Positions 1 to 8,634 of a DNA stretch of 64,000 nucleotides are shown piece after piece; the stretch's first letter is position 1, and every line of letters starts with the position of its first letter. The DNA comes from Alphaproteobacteria bacterium (lineage in GTDB: Bacteria; Pseudomonadota; Alphaproteobacteria; SMXQ01): NCBI GenBank assembly GCA_033720855.1, contig JAWWBR010000002.1, positions 972 through 64,971 of the forward strand, given 5' to 3'. A model generated the notes under the pieces. That model was not told the DNA's origin and ran no database searches. It worked only from the letters and a program-made list of their open reading frames with translations. A program made the position numbers and the translations under genes.

Positions 1-1255
1 TGTTGGCGTAATTCACGGTGCCGTCATGGGGATCACAGGTCAGAATATTGATCGGCATTTCCTCGACCATCTGCTTTATCCGGAAGTTCTCGCCCACGGC
101 GAGCTTCAGCTTGTCCAGGGCACGCCAGACCATCCCGATTTCGTCCCGGCGCTCGGTGCCGATGACCTCGATGTCGGTCCGACCATGGGTCAGCTTCTCC
201 ATGCCCGCAGCGAGCCGCACCAATGGATTGGAGATGGCGGAGCCGATGACGTAGGAAAACAGCACGATGAAGCCCAAGGCGACAAGCACGGCAAGCAACG
301 TATAGAACTTTGTCGCCTCGCCATTGGCGTCCAGGGTGGCGCGGGCGGCCTCGGCCTGTTCCTTGAAAGCCTTCACCATCTTCTCCATGACGGGCACGGT
401 CTTGGCATAGCTGGCACTGAGAAGCTTGAGATTGTCCCCCAAGGTGAGATAGCCCTTGGCCATGGCGGCGAAGGCCGACTGGTAGGCGGCCAAATGCCTG
501 GTGATCTCCGCCTTTTTCGCCGGTGGAAGCGGGGAGGCCGCGAGGCGCTTGCTGAAGGTTTCCGCGCGCTTGACCATGCGGGTGACGTATTTCTTGTCGA
601 GGCGGAGGAGGAAGTCCTTCTCATGGCGGCGCATCATCAGCATGGTCACCATCAGGTTATCGGCGCCGACACCTTTGAGGGCCGATTCGATATCGTGGAC
701 GGATTTCCGCGCATTGCCGCGAAGGCCGCTCTTCTCGTCGAGGCCGAGGGTCTTTTTCATCTCGACCACCTTGCGGAACTGGGCGCCGTAGGCATCGATG
801 AGCGGCTTGAGCGCCTGGATGTGGGCCTCGGTCTCCGGCGTCAGGCCACTTTTGTTCAGCGCGTCCAGATAGGTATAGACCTCCGCAAGATTCTTCTCGT
901 GGCGTTTGGCGTATTTGGTGCTGGAGCGCAGGAGAAAGTCCTTTTCGTTTCGCCGCAGCTGCAGCATGCCGATCTGGGTCGCATTCACCTTCGCTGCCCG
1001 GTTCTCTGCCGCTTCGAATTCATTAACAACCGCGATGCCCTCGCTCATCGAGAGATGGGTGAAGGTGCCGACGCCGGCCAGCGCGACTACGCCCACCAAC
1101 GCAAGGGCGCTCACCTGGTACTTGATCTTGAACCGAGACAGGAAGGCGCCGAAGCGGAGCAATTCCGCCAAACGGCCCAGGACCGACATCGCCGCCTTTG
1201 CGGGCGCCTTTTTAGCGTTTCCCGCGTCTTGCGAAACTTCTTGGGACATGTTCAT
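1..1255 (-). CDS. Methyl-accepting chemotaxis protein, N-terminal part. It has two TM segments, a 4HB/CHASE3-like periplasmic region with KDFLLR motifs, a HAMP domain and the start of a PAS domain (MPINILTCD). The C-terminal signalling domain lies beyond the window start.
   Basis: I translated the minus strand by hand. Met (MNMSQE...) is at 1253-1255 and the frame stays open to position 2. The ORF is absent from the track because it runs off the edge. HAMP and PAS motifs are recognisable. Confidence 0.75.
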   Translation of the reverse strand, partial: MNMSQEVSQDAGNAKKAPAKAAMSVLGRLAELLRFGAFLSRFKIKYQVSALALVGVVALAGVGTFTHLSMSEGIAVVNEFEAAENRAAKVNATQIGMLQLRRNEKDFLLRSSTKYAKRHEKNLAEVYTYLDALNKSGLTPETEAHIQALKPLIDAYGAQFRKVVEMKKTLGLDEKSGLRGNARKSVHDIESALKGVGADNLMVTMLMMRRHEKDFLLRLDKKYVTRMVKRAETFSKRLAASPLPPAKKAEITRHLAAYQSAFAAMAKGYLTLGDNLKLLSASYAKTVPVMEKMVKAFKEQAEAARATLDANGEATKFYTLLAVLVALGFIVLFSYVIGSAISNPLVRLAAGMEKLTHGRTDIEVIGTERRDEIGMVWRALDKLKLAVGENFRIKQMVEEMPINILTCDPHDGTVNYAN

Positions 1256-1661
1256 TTTCCTTTCAATCTGTCAGGAGTGCCGAGCCCTCCATTCCGGCGA
1301 TGGCACGCCACTTTGCCGGGAACATGCGATACATATTTCCTGGTTAAAGCTAATTAGTGAAAATCCTGTTAATGATAAAATATAAGATCCCAATAACATT
1401 ATATTATCCTATGATATACTATACATTTTGTTTCAGTTTATTACGTGTGTAACACAGAATTACAATCGAGCCCTACGATTTTCTGGTTAACCCGAATTCC
1501 CCTGGATGAAGCCAAGGGGAGGGGCTGCAAGCGCGGATCGACGCAAGGTTGCGCATTGCTTACCATCGCGCCAGACTGGGCCGTTCTAAGGAAGGCCGGG
1601 GGTGAACCCGCGAGGGTATCGCAGCCCGGGTGTCGTCCGCTGCCGAGGTCAACCGAACGTC
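1256..1661. promoter_or_regulatory. Divergent intergenic region between the MCP and the response regulator. About 1330-1500 is an unusually AT-rich stretch containing the inverted repeat TGTGTaACACA. A GC-rich leader of about 160 nt then precedes the response-regulator start.
   Basis: The base composition contrasts sharply with the GC-rich flanks. Genes diverge from this region on both strands. Confidence 0.4.
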
Positions 1662-2375
1662 ATGTTGGCGAAGCGAAATATCCTGATTGTCGAGGATGAT
1701 CTGGAGGTCTGTCGGGTCGTCGCCGCGCTGATGGAACAAGAGGGTGCACGCCTCACGCAAGTGCATAGGGGCGCGGAGGCCGAGGTCGCCCTCGGAGGAG
1801 AACCGTTCGACCTTGTGCTGCTGGACCTGAATTTACCCGACCAGCATGGGCTCGATATCCTGCGCAGTATACGTCAGTCATCGATGATGCCGGTCATCGT
1901 GCTGACGGCAAGAAGCGATGACATCGACCAGGTCCTCGGCCTCGAACTGGGCGCCGACGACTACGTGACAAAGCCGTTTTCCAGTCGCGTTCTGTTGGCG
2001 CGGATGAACAACGTCTTGCGGCATTGGGATTCAATGAACACGACGGAGAAGCCGGATTCCGTCCCGGACGCGGATATCGCCGGTTGGGGCTTCGATGCCG
2101 CCGACGCCAGTCTGGTATCGCCTTCGGGTGATCGCGTGCCCTTGACGGGGGCCGAATATCGGCTCCTGCGGACCTTATTGGCGCATCGAAACAGGGCCAT
2201 TTCGCGCCAGGAACTTTCGTTGGTGGTGCTGGGGCGAAAGCTCGAGAACAGCCGAAGCGTCGACGCGCTCGTCGCCCGCCTCAGGGTTAAAGTCAACGCC
2301 GCGGGAAAGGCGGCATCCGCGATCCGCACCGTCCATGGGGTGGGATACGGCCTCTTCACCGACGAGGCCCCATAG
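1662..2375 (+). CDS. OmpR-family two-component response regulator (REC plus winged-helix DNA-binding domain).
   Basis: ORF 1602..2375 on the + strand. I place the start at the internal Met of MLAKRNILIVEDD (1662). REC motifs include LLDLNLPD. The C-terminus matches OmpR-like wHTH (RTVHGVGY). Confidence 0.85.
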   Translation: MLAKRNILIVEDDLEVCRVVAALMEQEGARLTQVHRGAEAEVALGGEPFDLVLLDLNLPDQHGLDILRSIRQSSMMPVIVLTARSDDIDQVLGLELGADDYVTKPFSSRVLLARMNNVLRHWDSMNTTEKPDSVPDADIAGWGFDAADASLVSPSGDRVPLTGAEYRLLRTLLAHRNRAISRQELSLVVLGRKLENSRSVDALVARLRVKVNAAGKAASAIRTVHGVGYGLFTDEAP

Positions 2376-2413
2376 CCAAGTCGGGCCTTCCCCTGACAGC
2401 GCGATAGCGCGGG

Positions 2414-5044
2414 TTAGACGACAGCCGCGTCCAATGCCGCGCGCACCTTACGGGCGAGCTCCGACAGGCGGTATGGTTTATGGAGCAGAGTGGTCCTTTT
2501 ATCCAAGGCGCTCGAATCGAAATTGGATAACTCCGCATATCCGGAGGTGTAGAGCACCGGCAAACCGGGATGGCGTTTTTGGACCTCTGCGGCCAGTTCG
2601 CCGCCATTCATCCCCCCCGGCAGAACGACATCGGTGAACAAGAGATTGACGCGCGGGGCCTTTTCCAAGGCCCGGAGCGCGCTGTGGCCGTCGGCGGCCT
2701 CCACGATCCCGTATCCCAGCGCGGTCAAAAGCGAGACCGAGAGCGTGCGGACGTCGGCATCGTCCTCGACCACCAGCACGGTCTCGCCCCGCGACTCGGG
2801 TATGTCGTCGCCATCGGCCTCCGTCAGCTCTTCCTCCGCCTGTACCGAGCGGGGCAGGTAGAGCTTGATGGTGGTGCCAAGGCCCTCCTCGCTTTCTACC
2901 GTCACGTGGCCGCCCGATTGTTTGACAAAGCCGTAAACCATGGAGAGGCCAAGGCCGGTCCCGCGCCCCACTTCTTTGGTGGTGAAGAAGGGATCGAAAA
3001 CATGCTCCATCACATCCTTCGACATGCCCGTTCCGGTATCGCTCACCGCCACCATCACGTAATCTCCGGGCTTTGAGCCGGACTGAGCCCCGGCATCCTC
3101 GCCATCGAAGCGGGCATTGCCGGTCGTGATCGTCAAGGTGCCGCCCTGGGGCATGGCGTCCCGAGCGTTGATGGCAAGGTTGAGAATGGCGCTTTCCAGA
3201 AGATTCGGGTCGGCTTCGCAAAGCCACAGGCCGTCCTGACCGGTAACCTTGACCTCGATGGTCTCGCCCAAGGTGCGGCTCAACAAATCGGTCATCTCAC
3301 GGGTCAGTTTGCCGACGTCAAGAGCGACCGGGAACAAGGTCTGACGCCGGGAAAACGCCAGCAGTTGATGGGTCAGGGATGCACCGCGCTCGGTCGCGCG
3401 CTTGATCGCCGCCAAATAAGGACGCACATCGCCGCCCGACCGGGCGGCATCCTCGGCCAGTTCGACGTTGCCGAGGGCGACCGCGAGGAGATTGTTGAAA
3501 TCATGGGCGATGCCGCCGGTCAGCTGGCCCACCGCCTCCATCTTCTGAGCCTGCTGCAGCTGCTTTGCCGTCTCCCGTTGGGCGGTGACGTCTCGGACGA
3601 TCGCAAGAACCTGATCTTTTCCGCTCACCACCATGCGACAATCGAAGGACCTGTAGCCGTCTTCGAAATCAAGCTGGTATTCGAACTGTTGCAGTTGCTG
3701 GGTCCGTAGGGTGTCCGAAATCCGCTTCTTGTAGAGCTCGGCGATATCTGCGGGCAAAACCTCGTCGACACGGCGGCCGAGAAATTTCTCTGGCTCAACA
3801 AGGAGATCTTCCAGACTGGAAGCGTAATAATCCAAATGGACCCCTTCACGGGAGAGCATGAATATCAAATCCGGTTGCGCGGCCATGATTGCTCGGTATT
3901 TAGCTTCGCTCTCCCGAAGTTGTTGCGTGGTGTGTTGCTTCAAGCGCCGGTTTCTGACCACGGTGACCAGCCAAAAGCCGAGCCCTAGGGTAAGTGCCGC
4001 GATAGTCAGGCCGATGGCGAATCTGTGGGTTTTGGTAATCCGATCGCGGGCCAGCTGATGGCGGTCGTAGATCGCTTGCTTCTCCTCGAATTGACCCTTC
4101 ACCAGGCCGATATCCTTGAGGGCGGCGTGCATCCGCCCCCAACGCGCGTGGTTGATGTGGCCGAGGGTAATGACGTCGGCTTGGATCAGCCGGGCGACCT
4201 GTTCGATCTGAAAGCGATTGAAACCCCGCGCATCCTTGAGAGGAATTCGGCGCGGCAGTTCGGCGGCAATCCGGTCGGCGATTTCCTCGCCATGGGTCAG
4301 GGCGTACCGCCACCCTTTCAGAGAAGCCCGGATGAAGGCCTCGGCGGTCTCCGGAGACTGATCGAGAAGGCGCTTATGGGTGAAGAGAGCGCCGCCATAG
4401 AAATCGACCCCGTATGAGGACGGATAGAGGGCGGTCAATGCCAGGTTCAGTTCCCGCGCGATCCAGCCCGCGGATATCGTGAACCCCGCCGCGACGTCGA
4501 CATTTCCGGCGGAAAGATCGCGCAGGCCGAGCCGCAGGCGAATCGGCTGCGTTCGGATCCGCGCAGGCGGGATGTTTTCCGCCCGCAACATGGCCATCAG
4601 TTCGGGATAAGCCCTGCCATTAATTCCGCGGGTGGCGACCGTCAGCCGGGTCAGGTCGGCGGGTGAGCGCAATTCGGTGCCCGCCCGGGCGTAGAACGCG
4701 ACGGGACTGTGCTGATAAACCGAGGCAAGAATGACAAGGGGCCGACCCTGATCCCGGGCCTTGAGGATATCGATGGCGCCCACGCCAAAATCGGCCCGTC
4801 CCGTTGCGACTTCCTCGGTTGGTTTGTGAAATTTGCCGTCGGGTTCGAACGCGGAGCGAATGGTGACGGTCAAGCCTTCTTCGGCGTAAAAGCCCTTCCA
4901 CAGCGCGGCATAATAACCGGCGAACTGAAATTGGTGGTCCCACTGCAACTGTAGCGTGACCGTATTCGCTTTCGTGGCGGCCACGGCACCCAAAGGAAAG
5001 CCGAACGCGAAGGCTAAAATCGCTAAGCGCCAAAACCGCGACAT
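2414..5044 (-). CDS. Hybrid sensor histidine kinase. Domain order is signal peptide, periplasmic NMT1/SsuA-like solute-binding domain, TM, PAS, HisKA, HATPase_c, and a C-terminal REC receiver.
   Basis: ORF 2414..5230 on the - strand. The likely start is Met63 (MSRFWRLAILAFAF signal-like), whose codon is at 5042-5044. H-box GGIAHDFNNLL, G-box motifs and the receiver motif ETVLVVEDD are present. Confidence 0.85.
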   Translation of the reverse strand: MSRFWRLAILAFAFGFPLGAVAATKANTVTLQLQWDHQFQFAGYYAALWKGFYAEEGLTVTIRSAFEPDGKFHKPTEEVATGRADFGVGAIDILKARDQGRPLVILASVYQHSPVAFYARAGTELRSPADLTRLTVATRGINGRAYPELMAMLRAENIPPARIRTQPIRLRLGLRDLSAGNVDVAAGFTISAGWIARELNLALTALYPSSYGVDFYGGALFTHKRLLDQSPETAEAFIRASLKGWRYALTHGEEIADRIAAELPRRIPLKDARGFNRFQIEQVARLIQADVITLGHINHARWGRMHAALKDIGLVKGQFEEKQAIYDRHQLARDRITKTHRFAIGLTIAALTLGLGFWLVTVVRNRRLKQHTTQQLRESEAKYRAIMAAQPDLIFMLSREGVHLDYYASSLEDLLVEPEKFLGRRVDEVLPADIAELYKKRISDTLRTQQLQQFEYQLDFEDGYRSFDCRMVVSGKDQVLAIVRDVTAQRETAKQLQQAQKMEAVGQLTGGIAHDFNNLLAVALGNVELAEDAARSGGDVRPYLAAIKRATERGASLTHQLLAFSRRQTLFPVALDVGKLTREMTDLLSRTLGETIEVKVTGQDGLWLCEADPNLLESAILNLAINARDAMPQGGTLTITTGNARFDGEDAGAQSGSKPGDYVMVAVSDTGTGMSKDVMEHVFDPFFTTKEVGRGTGLGLSMVYGFVKQSGGHVTVESEEGLGTTIKLYLPRSVQAEEELTEADGDDIPESRGETVLVVEDDADVRTLSVSLLTALGYGIVEAADGHSALRALEKAPRVNLLFTDVVLPGGMNGGELAAEVQKRHPGLPVLYTSGYAELSNFDSSALDKRTTLLHKPYRLSELARKVRAALDAAVV

Positions 5045-5436
5045 GAGCAATGGCCTCCGCTCGCTCTCACGACCTGTTACCTTCCGTGACGGGGACAACA
5101 TCCCGCTTCTGCGGTGTACCGCTGTCGGACATGACCCTACTGCAACTTCGCGACGCAAAATGGCATCTATTTTAGGTGTCGGTCGATCCTCACCCCTGAC
5201 AGAAAATCTGGAATCACATGGTGAGCACAATCTGACCGCCCCAATCTGCGCGTTCCCGACGCCGACCGGGACACAACTCTATCAGAGCCCCCATGCGTGC
5301 GAAAGCCGCGTGCACCGGATCGATTCGACCTATCATCCAAGCGGAGGGTTGCGCTTTTTTTGCGATCCAGACGTTGGCCGCGTGACGGGGCGGGCACTGC
5401 CGGTAGCCAGCGCGATTCTGGCGAGGCGGAGCCGCC

Positions 5437-5868
5437 TCAGCCTTGGGTAACGTAAGTTCTAAGGGCCTCGGCCTCGGCCTCGATTTCCTGAACCCGGCAA
5501 CGCACCACGTCGCCGATGGATATGATCCCGGCGAGACTCCCGTCGATCAGAACCGGAAGATGGCGGATGCGCTTCTCGGTCATCGTCACCATAAGTTCGG
5601 CAATGTGGTCCTCGGGCTTGCAGGTCACCACGTCCCGCGTCATCAAAGCCGAAGCCGGCAGTTCCAGCGCCGCCGGTCCCTTGGCGGCGATGGCGGCAAC
5701 GATATCCCGTTCGGAAAGAATGCCGCTCACGCGGACGTCGTCGGCGCTGATGACGACGGCGCCGATTTTGGCCTCGTCCAACAACCTCGCGACATCCTCC
5801 ACCGATGCGTCCGGTTTAGCGGTGACGACCTGAGCGCCCTTGGACTTGAGAACGGATTCGACGTACAT
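5437..5868 (-). CDS. CBS-pair domain protein.
   Basis: ORF 5437..5868 on the - strand. The 143-aa product has the typical CBS tandem (GAVVISADD...GIISIGDVVR). Confidence 0.75.
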   Translation of the reverse strand: MYVESVLKSKGAQVVTAKPDASVEDVARLLDEAKIGAVVISADDVRVSGILSERDIVAAIAAKGPAALELPASALMTRDVVTCKPEDHIAELMVTMTEKRIRHLPVLIDGSLAGIISIGDVVRCRVQEIEAEAEALRTYVTQG

Positions 5869-5968
5869 GGCCGTCTCCCTCTACAAATCATATTGGCGTC
5901 AGTCTAACAGATCGCACCGTCGATGGTCGAAATAAAGCACGCCGTGCCGTGGAGCGGGAGAGGTGCCG

Positions 5969-6436
5969 TCAGGGCGAATCGCTCGATTGCGCAGGAACGC
6001 CGGGGCGGCTCGCGATGAAGACGCCGAGCGGGCCCATAACCAGCCCCAAGGCGAGAGGAAGCACCCAATTCTCGGCCGCGACGACGGCGACCAGCAGCCA
6101 ACTCAAGCTCATCAGGCAAAGTGCCGCGACCTTGGCGGAGCGAGGTATCGCGCGCCGCGCATGCCACGCCCGCAACGTCCGCCCGAGCCGGGGATGGGTG
6201 TAGAGCCAATGGTGAAAGCGTTGGGAGCTCTTGGAAAACAGCCAAAGCGCAATCAACAGGAATACCGTCGTCGGCACCAGCGGCAGGAACAGTCCGAGCA
6301 GGCCAAGGCCGACATTCACCCAGCCGAGCGCGACCAGCAGGAGGCGCGCGGGGCCGCAAAGATGCGGCTCCGGCTGCGTGCGGTCTTGGGCCTGTGCCGT
6401 GCCTGCCGCCGGCCTAAATCCGTGAGACTCGGTCAT
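5969..6436 (-). CDS. ybaN: YbaN/DUF454 family inner-membrane protein.
   Basis: ORF 5969..6595 on the - strand. The start is likely the internal Met of MTESHGF (codon 6434-6436). Two hydrophobic TM helices match the DUF454 topology. Confidence 0.7.
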   Translation of the reverse strand: MTESHGFRPAAGTAQAQDRTQPEPHLCGPARLLLVALGWVNVGLGLLGLFLPLVPTTVFLLIALWLFSKSSQRFHHWLYTHPRLGRTLRAWHARRAIPRSAKVAALCLMSLSWLLVAVVAAENWVLPLALGLVMGPLGVFIASRPGVPAQSSDSP

Positions 6437-6551
6437 GGCCGGCAGCCTAGGCCGCAGCGGTGAAAGACCGGTTAATCGGCAATCAGGCAATGCATCCGCC
6501 GGACCATTGCGCCACAGGTGGTGGCGGAGCGGATCCGCGGCGCGCCGGGCC

Positions 6552-6878
6552 TCAGTCCGCGCGTGCCGCCAATGCGCGCAGCCGGACCTGGCCAAGGAAC
6601 TGTTCGTCGGATTCGGGCACCAGGGTCAACATGAACTCGCCCTCCGGCGCGGCATTGACGGCGATCCGACGCGCCCGCGATGCATCCAGGGCCCGCACTT
6701 GGCGAACCACCATACTGGCGCTTCCCGCGGCGTCGGCGAAGACATAGCAGGCATTCCATATCCGGGGCTCGGGCTTGGAGGCGGGAACGGGGGACGAGGC
6801 CTTGGACGGGGAGCATGCCCGCCCAACGGCGTCCTTGCCGCGCACCGGCGCGGGTTTGGAGCGCGCAGACCGCACCAT
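6552..6878 (-). CDS. Hypothetical small protein of about 108 aa. It has a Pro/Ala/Ser-rich N-terminus and a conserved-looking C-terminal region (IWNACYVFADAAGSASMVVRQVRALD...FMLTLVPESDEQFLGQVRLRAL).
   Basis: This is part of minus ORF 6552..6926. The ATG at 6876-6878 overlaps the TAA stop of the upstream lipoprotein gene, giving a TAATG coupling. GC3 is about 80% across the ORF. I recognise no family for it. Confidence 0.35.
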   Translation of the reverse strand: MVRSARSKPAPVRGKDAVGRACSPSKASSPVPASKPEPRIWNACYVFADAAGSASMVVRQVRALDASRARRIAVNAAPEGEFMLTLVPESDEQFLGQVRLRALAARAD

Positions 6879-7180
6879 TACTGGGGATAGACCCTGACCC
6901 GACCGGGAACAGGCTTGTCGTAGCAATCGATCTTGCCGATTGATCGATAGCAGTAATTGTCGACGATCTTTTCCGAATGGCAGCGGCTCTGGGTCGCGAA
7001 CGACAAAGGAAGGCGAGCCTTTTCGCAGACGCGATAGACGGTGACCTTGCGCCCCTGGTCATCGATTGTGACGGTCTTGCCGACCTGGGTGGGACGATTA
7101 TCGAGCAGCACACAGCCGCCGAGGACCAATGCGATGCCCGCAAGGACAGCGGGCCGGGCTAGGGAACCGATTGTGGACAT
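6878..7180 (-). CDS. Small lipoprotein of about 100 aa, with signal peptide and lipobox LVLGGC.
   Basis: ORF 6878..7336 on the - strand. The start is likely MSTIGSLARPAVLAGIALVLGGC (codon 7178-7180). A GGAGG RBS lies upstream. Confidence 0.6.
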   Translation of the reverse strand: MSTIGSLARPAVLAGIALVLGGCVLLDNRPTQVGKTVTIDDQGRKVTVYRVCEKARLPLSFATQSRCHSEKIVDNYCYRSIGKIDCYDKPVPGRVRVYPQ

Positions 7181-7390
7181 GTACGAAAAACCTCCGCCGA
7201 CCAAGGTAGATCGGAATGGTAAAATTTGCCTTAATTGCCGTCTATTTCGGCCCCGCGTATTTGCAATAACCAGCTGATATTCATAAATTAATGCCCGCCA
7301 AAGCGGGACCGTCCGCGGGCGCGGCGGGAATTCCATAGTAGCGTCCTCGACCAGAACCTATATAAACATCCCCATGGTTCGCTTCCGGAG

Positions 7391-7714
7391 TTGTCCATGA
7401 AGAAATCTTTTGCCAGGTTCCATGTCGGCCAACCCATCCACCACAAGCTGTTCGACTATCGCGGCGTGATCGTGGACGTGGATGCCAGCTACCAAGGCAG
7501 TGCGGAATGGTATGAGCGGGTCGCGCGATCGAAGCCGCCCAAGGATGCGCCGTGGTATCACGTGCTGGTCGACGGCGCGGACCACTGGACCTACGTGGCG
7601 GAGCGCAATCTCGAGGAGGACCATTCGGGTGAACCCATCGATCACCCGGACCTTGGCGAGATCTTCAAGAATTATTCCGGCGGCCAGTATAATCGCCGCC
7701 AAGGGCTGAATTAG
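7391..7714 (+). CDS. hspQ: Heat shock protein HspQ (YccV-like hemimethylated-DNA-binding domain).
   Basis: ORF 7391..7714. The FHVGQPIHHKLFDYRGVIVDVD motif is characteristic of HspQ. Confidence 0.8.
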   Translation: MSMKKSFARFHVGQPIHHKLFDYRGVIVDVDASYQGSAEWYERVARSKPPKDAPWYHVLVDGADHWTYVAERNLEEDHSGEPIDHPDLGEIFKNYSGGQYNRRQGLN

Positions 7715-7806
7715 CCTCCGGCGATGGGATCGCGCCGAGAGAGGCCACAGGCCGGCTTCAACGGCCGCCCGCACGGAGCAGCGCAACACCGGTCCGATCA
7801 ACGGCC

Positions 7807-8634
7807 ATGAGCCATGACGACATGAAGAAAGGGGGGGATAACGCACCCCCCTCGGCGCAACCGCCTCACGGCCGGCAGTCTTTTAGCGCCCGACTCTTGC
7901 ACCGCATACGGAATTACCTGATTGCGGGGATTCTCGTGACCGCGCCGATCGGCCTGACGGTTTGGCTGTCCTGGGCGATCGTGACCTGGATCGACGACCG
8001 GGTGATGCCACTGGTGCCCTTCAAGTATCACCCCGAAGCCTACCTGCCGTTCTCAATACCTGGGCTCGGGCTGATTATCGTGCTGATCGGCCTGGTCTTG
8101 ATCGGCGCCCTCACCGCCAACCTGCTGGGCCGCACCTTCTTCAGGATGTCGGAGCGCTTGCTCGAACGCATGCCGATCATCCGTGGCGTCCACGCCACCA
8201 TCAAGCAGGTCTTCGAAACCGTCCTCAGCCATCAATCGGATGCCTTTCGCCAGGTCGTCCTGGTGGAATACCCCAGGCGCGGCATCTGGGCGCTCGGCTT
8301 TTTGACCGGCGAGACGGTGGGAGAGGTTCAAAACCTGACCAAGGAACGGGTGCTCAACATCTTCCTGCCGACCACCCCCAATCCTACCTCCGGGTTTCTT
8401 CTGTTCGTGCCCCAAGAAGACGTCGTCGTCCTCGACATGACGGTGGAGGAGGGGATCAAGATGGTGATGTCCGGCGGCATCGTTACGCCCGAGGACCGTC
8501 GCCCCTTGGAGGTCAGGAACACGCCCCAAGTATCCGGCAAGACCTTCGAGGACCTGGATATCCTTCGCGAGCGCAACAAAGGCCGCGCTGCGGCGGTTGC
8601 CGAACCGCTCGACGATCAGCCCGACCGCGCATAA
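7807..8634 (+). CDS. DUF502 family membrane protein.
   Basis: ORF 7807..8634. It has two N-terminal TM helices and a conserved DUF502 core (LVEYPRRGIWALGFLTGE). Confidence 0.8.
   Translation: MSHDDMKKGGDNAPPSAQPPHGRQSFSARLLHRIRNYLIAGILVTAPIGLTVWLSWAIVTWIDDRVMPLVPFKYHPEAYLPFSIPGLGLIIVLIGLVLIGALTANLLGRTFFRMSERLLERMPIIRGVHATIKQVFETVLSHQSDAFRQVVLVEYPRRGIWALGFLTGETVGEVQNLTKERVLNIFLPTTPNPTSGFLLFVPQEDVVVLDMTVEEGIKMVMSGGIVTPEDRRPLEVRNTPQVSGKTFEDLDILRERNKGRAAAVAEPLDDQPDRA

Noticed and set aside
26-1357. 443-aa plus-strand ORF covering the start of the window
   Set aside because: Its amino-acid composition is antisense-like (G/H/L/R-rich). The opposite strand encodes a clean MCP N-terminus (TM, HAMP, PAS) in an open frame running off the edge.
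5904-6463. ORFs 5904..6359 (-) and 5963..6463 (+) overlapping ybaN
   Set aside because: They overlap the DUF454 membrane-protein frame and are Arg/Pro-rich.
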